A stretch of 64,000 nt of DNA from Patescibacteria group bacterium (lineage in GTDB: Bacteria; Patescibacteriota; Patescibacteriia; UBA9934; GWF2-40-263): NCBI GenBank assembly GCA_004297215.1, contig SCUM01000001.1:289181-353180 (forward strand). The letters are read 5' to 3'. Under the pieces are notes generated by a model, which ran no database searches, was not told the origin of the DNA, and saw nothing but the letters and a program-made list of their open reading frames with translations. How positions within the stretch are numbered: position 1 is the first letter of the stretch; each line of letters starts with the position of its first letter. The position numbers were made by a program, and so were the translations under genes. This document shows positions 19,002 to 27,941 of the stretch, one piece after another.

Positions 19002-19076
19002 AAGAAAATGTAGGGTGAAGGATGTAGTATGAAGGATTTACCATCCTACATCCTACATTCTACATCCTACATACAT
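19002..19076. repeat. Intergenic imperfect palindrome of ATGTAGG/GATGAAGG motifs (between rplI and pyrG)
   Basis: Left arm atgtagggtgaaggatgtagtatgaaggat; loop ttacc; right arm atcctacatcctacattctacatcctacat. Same family as 11034-11111. Confidence 0.6.
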
Positions 19077-19517
19077 TTACTTTTTCTCAACCGCCACCGA
19101 CACTTCCGCCTCGAATCCGGCCGGGAGCGACACGGTCGCCCGCCCTTCGCCGACCTCTTTCATGGGCGCCATCCCGATCATGTCTTCTTCGACCTCGAAC
19201 CCGGCCTTGCGCAGCGCCTTCGTGACCGTCTTCGCGGTGACGGCGGCGTAGAGCGTGCCGTCGTCGTTCGCCTTCTCCTTGAGGGTCACGAGGAACCCGT
19301 CCAGCTTCTGGGCGAGCTTCGCCGCCGCGGCCGTCCCTTTCTTCGCCGCCCGCGTCTTGGCCGCCTCCTGCTCCTTGAGCCGCCGCAAGGCGTCGGCCGT
19401 GGCCTGGATGGCGGCATTCTGCGGGAACAGGAAGTTCATGGCGTACCCGTCGGAAACCTCCGCCACCGCCCCGACCTTGCCAAGCGTCTTCACGTCCTTC
19501 AAGAGGATGACCTTCAT
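19077..19517 (-). CDS. rplI: 50S ribosomal protein L9
   Basis: [27 protein letters not shown]...A, the canonical L9 N-domain; 146 aa from MKVIL. Confidence 0.9.
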   Translation of the reverse strand: MKVILLKDVKTLGKVGAVAEVSDGYAMNFLFPQNAAIQATADALRRLKEQEAAKTRAAKKGTAAAAKLAQKLDGFLVTLKEKANDDGTLYAAVTAKTVTKALRKAGFEVEEDMIGMAPMKEVGEGRATVSLPAGFEAEVSVAVEKK

Positions 19518-19645
19518 ACTGCGGGCGAGTATAACACGCGACGGGTTGGGGGATGCAAGCGGAGAAACCTTGAGGCGCCCGCGCCATATCTTGACATCGT
19601 ACGAGCGGACACGTATCATCCCGGTTCATCGCTCCAGGAGGATCC

Positions 19646-19861
19646 GTGAAGCAGCCCGTCGCGTTCCATAAGAAAGCCATTTCCGCCGCCAAGACCACCG
19701 CCCAATTGACCCTCGTCGTGGGGGTCGCCGTCCCGGTCATCGCCGCGGCCGGCAGCCTCCTCGCCGCCGACCTTGCCTTCCACCACGCAAGCAAGGCGAT
19801 CAAGCGCCGACTCGCGGAGCGCCACAACGCCAGGCTCGACCGCCGCAGCATCCGCGGCTGA
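19646..19861 (+). CDS. Small hypothetical protein with one predicted TM helix (71 aa)
   Basis: GTG start preceded by AGGAGGA. Hydrophobic core LTLVVGVAVPVIAAAGSLLAA. Confidence 0.35.
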   Translation: MKQPVAFHKKAISAAKTTAQLTLVVGVAVPVIAAAGSLLAADLAFHHASKAIKRRLAERHNARLDRRSIRG

Positions 19862-19979
19862 CCTTCCGCCGCAGCCCCATCAGGAACGAGCCCCTTCGGC
19901 GCGGATGCGCCAGGGCGACCCCGACGAACGGTCGGGGTCATTTTTTACTAAACCCAGCCAAATTATTGCAAACCATCCC

Positions 19980-20008
19980 TTGACAAAACCTCAAAAATAT
20001 GGTATAAA
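19980..20008 (+). promoter_or_regulatory. Strong sigma70-type promoter TTGACA-N17-TATAAA (locus A), near-identical to the promoter at 57801
   Basis: -35 at 19980-19985 and -10 at 20003-20008. The 36-nt block is about 85% identical to 57801-57829. Confidence 0.65.
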
Positions 20009-20039
20009 TATCCACGTGAAGTGATCGTTCCTTCCAAGC

Positions 20040-20239
20040 GGAGTTCGAAGACCGCTACAACCTTAAGGGGGAGAGTCTAAAGAATGCCCGTGGCTGTTGT
20101 TGTCGTGAGTCCCCCTCACACACGACGGCAGCCACGGGCCTTTTTCGTAAAAGGCTCTAACGCGAACCCGCCGACGTCGTCGGCGGTGAAAACAACGTCA
20201 GAAAAACAGGCCGGGTCCCTTGACCCGGCATTGAGGTGA
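20040..20239 (+). promoter_or_regulatory. Conserved 5' leader (locus A): GGAGTTCGAAG motif, SD, ATG micro-ORF (MPVAVVVVSPPH..., 51 codons, 20084-20239), intrinsic terminator (hairpin GCCCGTGGCTG...CAGCCACGGGC plus CTTTTT, 20086-20145)
   Basis: Read directly from the sequence. The architecture parallels the leader at 57860-58102. Confidence 0.5.
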
Positions 20240-20242
20240 TTC

Positions 20243-21547
20243 TTGAAGAACCTGATCCTGATCGCGTCCATGCTTGCCTTCGCTGCCTGCGAGGGACGAA
20301 CGATTGAGACCCCGGCGACGACCGTCAACGCCACCTGCCCGGCCCTGCCGGAGCAGAACGACGACGCGCTCCTCGCCTGTCTCGAGACCATTAGCGAGAT
20401 GACGACCGCTGCGCAGGACGAGGAAAGCCTCGTCGCCTGCCTCGGGGACCTCGAGGCGGCGCTTGACCTCTGCGAAGAGGCTCCCGCGCCCGTCACGGTC
20501 GACGTGATCACGTGCCAGGCCAACAGCGCGGTCGTCGCGAGCGCAACCGATTGCCCTCGCGTCAACCTCGTCTGCGCGCCAGGCACCACGCCGTTTTCGA
20601 GTCCCGACACCGGCGAGTTCCGCTGCGATGAGCAGCATCTCACCATCGACATCGGGAACGGGACGCCGCAAGGCGACCTGGTGCTCCCTGGGACCGGCGT
20701 GGCCGACGTGGCGCACTTCCGCGTGACCAACCTCGGAACGGCGCCGGCTCCGCTCACGGGCGTCAAGCTCGAGAACGTAGCCCAGCAGCCGCTCGAGTCC
20801 GTCTACGTCGTCGACGTCATCCGTAACGGCGTCGGGACCTACGGGGTCTGCACCGGACGGATCGACCTGAATGACGGGAACGGCTGCCTGCGACCGCTCA
20901 CCGCGGTGACGGTCGGCACCAATGAGTCGGTCGACGTGGTGGTGCGGGTGGAGACGCCTGCAGCCGGCACGTGGCCCAACAACGACCGGTACGTGCAGAT
21001 GCGTCTCGTATCCGGCGAGCGTTCGGCCTACGGCAACTGGTTCCTGCTTGCAAACAGCAGGCTCACCGTGAGCAAGGCCAGCGGTTCCCCCTCGGGCGGC
21101 GCCGTTCCCGGGCTCATCGAAGTCGCGCAGATGAACTGGGCAGCGAACGCCCGCGGTGATATCTTCGGCCAACGCATGACGTTCGAGGTGGAAGCGACGG
21201 ACAACGCCGGCAGCGGCTGGATCGACGGCCTGATGAACCCTGCCAAGTGGCAGGTGTTCGACCGCGACGACTCTTCGGAGATGCTCGATACAAACGCCGG
21301 CTGGTCCTTCCAGAGCACGGTCGACGGGCTGGTCATCGCGTCGCTGGACTTCTACCAGAACGGCTCATTGGTCGTCGAACAAGGCAATACGAGGATGTTC
21401 GTCGTAAAAACGGATACGACGGGCGCCGGCGCGAACGACACGTTCAGGCTGACGCTCGTGGACGTCCAGTGGACCGACGGACATGTTTGGTCCGACGGCT
21501 TCTACGTGAACAACCTGCCGGTCGAGTTCGGACGGATCGACTTCTGA
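20243..21547 (+). CDS. Secreted lipoprotein, paralog 1 of a Cys-rich lipoprotein family (434 aa)
   Basis: TTG start with a GAGGTGA SD. Lipobox LAFAAC followed by EGR. Shares the N-terminal pattern and a C-terminal W-x-DG motif with the ORFs at 22232 and 60250. Confidence 0.65.
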   Translation: MKNLILIASMLAFAACEGRTIETPATTVNATCPALPEQNDDALLACLETISEMTTAAQDEESLVACLGDLEAALDLCEEAPAPVTVDVITCQANSAVVASATDCPRVNLVCAPGTTPFSSPDTGEFRCDEQHLTIDIGNGTPQGDLVLPGTGVADVAHFRVTNLGTAPAPLTGVKLENVAQQPLESVYVVDVIRNGVGTYGVCTGRIDLNDGNGCLRPLTAVTVGTNESVDVVVRVETPAAGTWPNNDRYVQMRLVSGERSAYGNWFLLANSRLTVSKASGSPSGGAVPGLIEVAQMNWAANARGDIFGQRMTFEVEATDNAGSGWIDGLMNPAKWQVFDRDDSSEMLDTNAGWSFQSTVDGLVIASLDFYQNGSLVVEQGNTRMFVVKTDTTGAGANDTFRLTLVDVQWTDGHVWSDGFYVNNLPVEFGRIDF

Positions 21548-21713
21548 CAACCCTGCGTCCGGGGCGGTGGAATCGAGAGGGTCTCCTCTCTTCCCCGCCT
21601 CGGCGCGAACACGTTCTGAAGATTCTGCGATTGCGGTCATGCGACCTCAGCCGCGGACCTTTCAGGATAGATAACCAGTGCCGGACTTCGAGCCGGCCAG
21701 TATGGAGGACGCC

Positions 21714-22067
21714 ATGACGTGGAAGAAGTTCGAAGGGAACGTGGTCGGGACCAGGGTCGAAGGCGATCCGTCGGTGCCGCCCACCAGGTGGTACAACCAC
21801 CTGTGGCTGCTGATGTTCGGATGGAAGAAGGTCGCCGTGTTCATGGCGATGAACGCTTCCGCCCCCGCCCGCGTGGGCTTCCGTCCCTTCAGGGGCGACG
21901 CGATGCTCCGCGAGGAACCGCTCGATCGTGGGACCTTCCGGGTCCGGATCGGCCACGAGGCGTGCACCTTCTTCGTCGTCGGCGACGATGGCAAGGAGAT
22001 CCCGCTGGAGCTCCTGAAGGTAACGACCCGGGACGATCCGGGCTACGACAAAGTCCCGCTCCTCTGA
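21714..22067 (+). CDS. Hypothetical protein (117 aa)
   Basis: GGAGGA-N4-ATG start and strong GC3 bias. The ORF also opens at GTG 21678. Confidence 0.4.
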   Translation: MTWKKFEGNVVGTRVEGDPSVPPTRWYNHLWLLMFGWKKVAVFMAMNASAPARVGFRPFRGDAMLREEPLDRGTFRVRIGHEACTFFVVGDDGKEIPLELLKVTTRDDPGYDKVPLL

Positions 22068-22231
22068 GGGGCGAGACGCTACGACGAGGGCGGAGGCAGG
22101 GTTCACTCCTTGCTTCCGCCTCTCCCCCAAGCGGATGAGCGCCACGCGCGTTCGTCCGCCTAGGCCGAGAAACAACCAGAATCCCCTCTGGCAATCCCGC
22201 CGGAGGTGACAATTGAACATAGGAGATACGA

Positions 22232-23251
22232 GTGAAGAACATCATCGCCCTGTTCGCGATCATCCTGGTCGGTTCGGCATGCGAAGGTCGCGTCGAAGTC
22301 GAGAAGATCGTTACGGAAGAGGTCGTCGTCTGGATCTGCACATGCAGCGACGGCACCGACACCGACTGCGATGCCCCGACCTGCGAAGGCGAGGTGATTC
22401 GCGAGACGGTCTGCGAAGCCGACGGTGAGTTGGTCGACGACCAGAGCGAGTGCCCGGAGCCACCGACTCTCGAGTGCGCGCAGGACTCCGATTGCGGAGG
22501 CGTCGGGACCGGATGCAGCGAAACCAACTTCGTGACCACGAACGCCTTGTGCACGGCAGAAGGATTCTGCGACCGGTTCGTGACCGACGTCGATCCCGAG
22601 AGCGAAGCCTGCGGGTTCGTCGGCGAAGGTGAAGGAGAGGGGGAAGGCGAAGGCGAAATGGTCGCGGCACCGATTCTGGTGAGTGATGACTGGTCGACAA
22701 GATCAGGAGACGACACTGCCCTATTCAGGTTTCGTCTGACACCGCCGTCAGACCATGCGATTAGCCTGTACCGAATCGCGTTCCGTATCGATAATCCGTT
22801 TCCAACGGAGACGTTCTGGAACGGGTGCGACCAACTCGCAAACCGATCCCGCTGGAGCACGCATATCGGGCCTGTCCCAGTGGATGGGACCGGTTGGGTA
22901 GTAGGCCAAGATCCCGTTGGGTACTGGGAGTTCTACTATTCGGGCGGCGGCGACCTTGGGATCTGCACGGGGAATGCGCCGCTCCGGTACGCCGTACTGA
23001 CCCTTCCGCACGACTTCGGCATCCCTGGGCGCGACATCCCTCCTGGGATGGACTACGAGGAAACGGTCTACGTGGACCTGACGGGAATCGTCGGCGGCGA
23101 ATGGGTTCAGTTGGGTCTCCCGTCCGACAGTGAGCTTGCTTCGCTTGGGATTGCCACCATCGAGTGGTATGACCGAGAGACGGGAGCGTTGCACCGATCT
23201 GACGAAGAGGCCGAGGGTCTTCCGCTCATCGGGACAGTCACGACCTTCTGA
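22232..23251 (+). CDS. Secreted lipoprotein, paralog 2 (339 aa) with a Cys-rich region and a GEGEGEGEGEGE linker
   Basis: GTG start with a GGAGA SD. Lipobox LVGSAC followed by EGR. Eleven Cys residues lie in the first 130 aa. Confidence 0.65.
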   Translation: MKNIIALFAIILVGSACEGRVEVEKIVTEEVVVWICTCSDGTDTDCDAPTCEGEVIRETVCEADGELVDDQSECPEPPTLECAQDSDCGGVGTGCSETNFVTTNALCTAEGFCDRFVTDVDPESEACGFVGEGEGEGEGEGEMVAAPILVSDDWSTRSGDDTALFRFRLTPPSDHAISLYRIAFRIDNPFPTETFWNGCDQLANRSRWSTHIGPVPVDGTGWVVGQDPVGYWEFYYSGGGDLGICTGNAPLRYAVLTLPHDFGIPGRDIPPGMDYEETVYVDLTGIVGGEWVQLGLPSDSELASLGIATIEWYDRETGALHRSDEEAEGLPLIGTVTTF

Positions 23252-23273
23252 CTCGCACGCGATCACGCCTACG

Positions 23274-23310
23274 ACGCGCCCCATCCCACGGGGCGCGTTT
23301 TCTTTTTTTG
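23274..23310 (+). terminator. Rho-independent terminator
   Basis: ACGCGCCCC-ATCCCAC-GGGGCGCGT followed by TTTCTTTTTTT. Confidence 0.65.
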
Positions 23311-23382
23311 CGGATGGCGTAAGATGGATGTGGATAAGCCGTAATCCCCCACGCTATGGCTACGCGCCGCAAGTAAGCGCTG

Positions 23383-23415
23383 GACGCCCTCGCTACGCCG
23401 AGGGCGTCTTTTTTT
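23383..23415 (+). terminator. Second rho-independent terminator in tandem
   Basis: GACGCCCTCG-CTACGC-CGAGGGCGTC followed by TTTTTTT. Confidence 0.65.
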
Positions 23416-23429
23416 GGTATGATGGCGGC

Positions 23430-25622
23430 ATGAAGCTGTGGAGGATCCGCAAGGAGGAACGTCGGCCGGCCCTGCGGCTGTGGGCCGGGTTGTTCTTGTC
23501 GGCCTGCGCCAACCTGCTCGCCTGGAGCGTGCTCACCGCGGTCTTCCTCAAGACCTACGGGATCGGCTCGTTTCCGCTCGTGTTCCTGTTGAGCTCGGCC
23601 GCGTCCATGGTCGGCTCCGCGCTCTACGCCCGGCTTGCCGCGCGCGCAAGCGCGGGAGCGTCGGCGCGGATCTTCTCGCTTGCCGCGGCCGTGCTGCTCG
23701 CGCTTGCGGCCGCGCGCGCGGGCGAAGGCGGCTTAGCGTTCTTCGCGCTCCTCTTGTTGGGCAACTCGGCGTTCGTGTCGTTCGTGGGGTCGCAGCTCAT
23801 GGTGGTGGCCAACGACCGGTTCACCCCCTCCCAGGGCAAGCGCCTGTTCCCGCTCGTGAACACGGCGCACGTGGTGAGCGGGGTGACGGCCGGATTGTTC
23901 CTTGACCGGTTCGTCGGGACGCTTGGCATCGGCGGGATGCTCATGGCCGCCGCCGCGCTCGCGCTGCTCGCGCTCCCCTGCGCCGCGCGCACGCGCGCGG
24001 ACAAGCGCGAGGCGTCGCAACAGGGAGAGGTCGGGCTTTTCGCATACGTGCGCGGCAACCGCTACGTGCTAGTGCTCGCCGGGATCGTGGCGATCTCCTG
24101 GGTACTCACCCGCGCGTTCGACGTGGCGTTCGCGAGCGTGGCCGATGCGCGCTTCCCCACGGCCGAGGCGTACGTGCGCTTCAGCGGCCTCTACCTGGTG
24201 GTGACGAGCCTCTCCGCGGTGCTGTTCGACGCCCTGCTGCTCAACCGTTTGCTCGAGCGCATCGGGCTCACCCGCGGGATGGCGTTCGTGAGCAACGCGG
24301 TCACCGCGGGCGTGGCAGCGATGCTGATCGTCCCGACCTTCTGGCCCGTGATCGCGGCCAACGCCGTGAGGAGCGTGCTCATCGACCTGCAGGCCACGTC
24401 AATGCAGGTGATGCAGGGGGTGCTTCCCTCCGCGAGGCGCGCCGGGGTGAACGCCTTCCTCGAAGGGTATCTTGCCACGGCCGCGGGGGCGCTGGGCGCG
24501 CTCGCCATGCTCGCCTTCGACGCCCTCGTGCCAAGCGCGTTCGCGCCGTCGGACTCGATGCGCATCCTCGCCGCGCTCATGCTCCTCCTGCTCGCCGTGC
24601 GCGCCTGGTTGAACGCCCGGCTGCGCGCGCGGTTCTTTGAGACGCTGCACGCGCAGGTGAGGCAGGGCGACGACGACGCCCGGCTGCGGGCGCTCGAGAC
24701 CCTCGTCGAGCACAAGTTCTACCGCCAGGAAGGGATCGGACTGGTAATCGACGTGGCCAAGGACCCGCGCGCGAGCGTCGCGCTGAAAGAGACCGCGCTT
24801 TCGACCTTGGGCGCGGTCGCGGACCCATCGACCCTGCGCGTCCTCTACAACCTCCTCTCCGGCCGGGAGCGCGCGGTGCGCCTGGGAGCGGCCCGGGCGA
24901 TCGCCGCGTTCCCCGCGATACGGGATTCCTTCTTCGACGACGCCTTCTCCCGCCACCACGCGGTAGAGAAGCTCCGCGCGCTGTTCGCAGGCGAGCCGGA
25001 CCCGGAGGTGCGCGCCGTCGCGCTTGACGCGCTCGTAAAGCTCGAGGATCCCGACATCGTCCCCTTCCTCGCGAAGCTCCTGCGTGATGGCGATGCGCAG
25101 GCCAAGGCCGACTGCCTGTATTCCCTGCTGCGGTTCAACGACCCGGGCGTGATCGACGACGTGCGGCCGCTCTTGCGCGAGGGCGACCCGGCGCTGCGGG
25201 CGCTCGCCGTGCGCGTCATCTGGCCGTTTCCCTGGGAACGCAAGGCGCTCAAGGACGCGATCGCGGGCCTGTTCCCCGTCCTCAAGGAGGAAACGTTCCG
25301 ACGGCTCCCGGCGGCGCGCAAGGAGGCGTTCCGCCTCGGGACGAAATTGGCGGGCGACATCCGGCTCCAGGCGGAAACGAAACGGCTTCGCGCCCTCCTT
25401 GGCTGGACCGACCGCGCCATCCGGCTTGAAGCCGCCCTTTCCCTCTCGAAACTCGGGGAAAAGGACGGTCCGGAGGCGGTCCGGACCCTCCTTTCCGACA
25501 AGAAACGTCCGGAGCTCGACCGCGTGGATCACTCGCTGAAATGGGGCCGATATGAACCGGATGTGCGGCTGCGCCTCGTAGATACCCTCGAAGAAATGGC
25601 GGAAACCCCTCGGAAGGGTTGA
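23430..25622 (+). CDS. Polytopic MFS/TLC-like transporter fused to C-terminal HEAT/PBS-lyase repeats (730 aa)
   Basis: About 12 hydrophobic segments in the first ~430 aa. The C-terminus has repeated DPEVRAVALDALVKL / DPALRALAVRV HEAT-like units. Confidence 0.55.
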   Translation: MKLWRIRKEERRPALRLWAGLFLSACANLLAWSVLTAVFLKTYGIGSFPLVFLLSSAASMVGSALYARLAARASAGASARIFSLAAAVLLALAAARAGEGGLAFFALLLLGNSAFVSFVGSQLMVVANDRFTPSQGKRLFPLVNTAHVVSGVTAGLFLDRFVGTLGIGGMLMAAAALALLALPCAARTRADKREASQQGEVGLFAYVRGNRYVLVLAGIVAISWVLTRAFDVAFASVADARFPTAEAYVRFSGLYLVVTSLSAVLFDALLLNRLLERIGLTRGMAFVSNAVTAGVAAMLIVPTFWPVIAANAVRSVLIDLQATSMQVMQGVLPSARRAGVNAFLEGYLATAAGALGALAMLAFDALVPSAFAPSDSMRILAALMLLLLAVRAWLNARLRARFFETLHAQVRQGDDDARLRALETLVEHKFYRQEGIGLVIDVAKDPRASVALKETALSTLGAVADPSTLRVLYNLLSGRERAVRLGAARAIAAFPAIRDSFFDDAFSRHHAVEKLRALFAGEPDPEVRAVALDALVKLEDPDIVPFLAKLLRDGDAQAKADCLYSLLRFNDPGVIDDVRPLLREGDPALRALAVRVIWPFPWERKALKDAIAGLFPVLKEETFRRLPAARKEAFRLGTKLAGDIRLQAETKRLRALLGWTDRAIRLEAALSLSKLGEKDGPEAVRTLLSDKKRPELDRVDHSLKWGRYEPDVRLRLVDTLEEMAETPRKG

Positions 25623-25723
25623 CGCGGGCGAGATTTTCGGGTATGTTGGGTGGTCATAGTCCTTTTGACATTTTCATAGCGAATTTTGGCTTTTTCCTGG
25701 CCCCAACAACGAAGGAGCGCGCC

Positions 25724-26608
25724 ATGACGCAGATGCACGAGAACAAGGACGCGTCCCAGGCGGACGCCCCTTCCGAGGCTACCGGTCAAAACGGGAACGA
25801 CAGCCTTGATGAGGTGGACGTTGAGGAAGCCGAAGCCGGGACACCGGCACCGACAGGTACGCAAGCGCCGGCGGACGCGGAGACGCCGGAAGCGAAAACG
25901 GTCACAGCGTCCCCGGCATCGCCGGGGGAGGATGTGTTCATGAGCCAGGACGAGCAGAAGGCGCCGCAGACGCAGGCGTCAGACGGCAATACCCCGTCGG
26001 GCGGAACGTCCGCGCTGGCGGATCTTCCGCGCGGCCAATCGGGCGTATTCCCCGCCCCGAACTTTCCGTCGCCGAACTCGCAGGCACCGGTTGGCGGCGA
26101 GAGCGCGATGGTGAGGCCCGCCACAGGCGCGGACGCGAAATCTCCGCCGTCCAATCGTGATGCGATCATCGCCTTCGCGGACCATCTGGTAAGGGTCGGC
26201 ATCGAAAAGACGGCGGGGGGGAATGTAACCACCTCGATCCAGTGCATCAAACTGATGCAACAGATCGAGGCGACCTACGCGGAGAAAAGGCGGCAACTGG
26301 CACAGGGGATTCTTCCGTCGATGAAGGCTGAGGCGGCAAAGCTCGCTCAAGAGATCGAACCAGAAAGGCGCGAACTCCTGCAGAGGAAAAAGGATCTCGA
26401 CAAGCTCCAGGGGGAGTACGACGCGCTCAGTCAGCTCTGGGCGAGCAAGAGGAAAAAGCTCGAGGAGCTCGAGGGGACGGTCAGGAGTTTCACGCATATG
26501 GCGCGGCAGAACCCCCAGGCGCCGTCCCCCGCTCCGGCGACGGCGCAAAAGGCGCTTCCTCCGGCAGCGACCGCCGCGACGCCGGACCCCGACAAGCCCA
26601 ACGGCTGA
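25724..26608 (+). CDS. Hypothetical protein, disordered acidic N-terminus plus coiled-coil C-terminus
   Basis: AAGGAG SD before ATG 25724. Heptad-rich segment in EIEATYAEKRRQLAQ...KKLEELEG. Confidence 0.45.
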   Translation: MTQMHENKDASQADAPSEATGQNGNDSLDEVDVEEAEAGTPAPTGTQAPADAETPEAKTVTASPASPGEDVFMSQDEQKAPQTQASDGNTPSGGTSALADLPRGQSGVFPAPNFPSPNSQAPVGGESAMVRPATGADAKSPPSNRDAIIAFADHLVRVGIEKTAGGNVTTSIQCIKLMQQIEATYAEKRRQLAQGILPSMKAEAAKLAQEIEPERRELLQRKKDLDKLQGEYDALSQLWASKRKKLEELEGTVRSFTHMARQNPQAPSPAPATAQKALPPAATAATPDPDKPNG

Positions 26609-26674
26609 TCGGCACGCCGCGCCGCGACCGACGAAAGACAGGCCCCCGACACGACATCGGGGGCTTTTTCATTC

Positions 26675-27913
26675 TCAACCCTCGTGGGACGCGTCGCGGA
26701 TGGGCGCGTCGGAACGCCGGAGCAGCATCCCCCACCCGAAGAGCGTCACCACGGCCGCGGCAATGAGCGGGGCGCGCGGGTCGAACCCGCTCAACACGCC
26801 CGCCACGGCCGGGGGAAGCGCCATGGCGAGCGCCTGCACCGACTGGCTGATCCCCATGATCTCCCCTTGCGACCGTGCCCCGACGAGCGCGGAAACCATC
26901 GCGGTGAGATTGGGAACGATGAGCCCCTCCGATACGGAAATGACCGGCAAGATGAGGAACAGCCAACCGAACGTAGGCGGGATGATCAGGCCCGCGAGCG
27001 CCACGGCAAGCAGGGGGCTGCAGGCGCGCAGCACCGCGGACGGGCTCGCGCGCGCGGAGACGAGCCGGGCGAGCGCTCCTTGGGTGAAGGCGATCCACAG
27101 CCCGACGTAGGCGAACACCTGGCCGATCTGCAGCGGAGTCGCCTGGAACCGGTCGATGAGGAACACCTGGAAGAAATTCGTGAAGCAGGTGAACCCGAAG
27201 GTGAGCAGGAACACCACCACGAACATCGACCGCAGTGATGGCTGGGTAAACGCCTTTCGCACGTTGCGCACGCCCGTGAGGAGGCTCGCCGGGTTGTGCA
27301 CGCGCTCGCGCAGCGTCTCTCGGAAAAACGCCAGCACGGCCATCAGGTTCACGAGGCCCAGGAGCCCGGCAAACCAGAACGGCGTGGCAATGGTAAACCA
27401 GGAAACGAGCGACGGATCCGCGAGCGAGCCGCCGAAAAACGGCCCGAGCACGAACCCGACGGCGAACGCCATCCCCACCAGGCCGAAGTTGTGCACCTTG
27501 GTGCGCGCGTCGCTCACGTCCGCAATCGCGGAGTACGCGATGGCGATGTTGCCGCCCGCGAGCCCGGCCACCACGCGGCTTACGGCCAGCAGCCAGAACT
27601 GCCCGCTCCCGACCCCGAAGGCGAACATCGCGTATCCCAACGTGTTCACGGCGATGGAAATGAGGAGCGGCCATTTTCGCCCGAACCGGTCGGACAGCGC
27701 CCCGAGGATGGGAGCCCCGAAGAACTGCGCGAGCGGATACAGCCCCATCACGACGCCCAAAAGCAGCGTGCGCGTGGCGTACGGCACCTCGGGGGAAAAC
27801 AGCGGCGAGGCAGGGTCCACGAACAGCGGCCCGAGCACGGGAATGACGATGCCGAACCCGAGCATGTCGAGGAACACGGTAAGGACGACGGGGAACAGTG
27901 ACGGATGCTTCAT
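26675..27913 (-). CDS. MFS transporter
   Basis: 12-TM organisation with the MFS signature G.LSDRFGRK-like motif (GALSDRFGRKWPL); 412 aa. Confidence 0.85.
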   Translation of the reverse strand: MKHPSLFPVVLTVFLDMLGFGIVIPVLGPLFVDPASPLFSPEVPYATRTLLLGVVMGLYPLAQFFGAPILGALSDRFGRKWPLLISIAVNTLGYAMFAFGVGSGQFWLLAVSRVVAGLAGGNIAIAYSAIADVSDARTKVHNFGLVGMAFAVGFVLGPFFGGSLADPSLVSWFTIATPFWFAGLLGLVNLMAVLAFFRETLRERVHNPASLLTGVRNVRKAFTQPSLRSMFVVVFLLTFGFTCFTNFFQVFLIDRFQATPLQIGQVFAYVGLWIAFTQGALARLVSARASPSAVLRACSPLLAVALAGLIIPPTFGWLFLILPVISVSEGLIVPNLTAMVSALVGARSQGEIMGISQSVQALAMALPPAVAGVLSGFDPRAPLIAAAVVTLFGWGMLLRRSDAPIRDASHEG

Positions 27914-27941
27914 AGGCGTGTACGGTGAAGTATATCATTTC

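Noticed and set aside
20084-20239. Possibility that the Val-rich leader peptide is an ilv-type amino-acid attenuator
   Set aside because: The Val codons derive from the GTTGTTG core of the terminator stem and the downstream genes are lipoproteins, not biosynthetic. It is retained as a generic leader-peptide or terminator regulatory element rather than a branched-chain attenuator.
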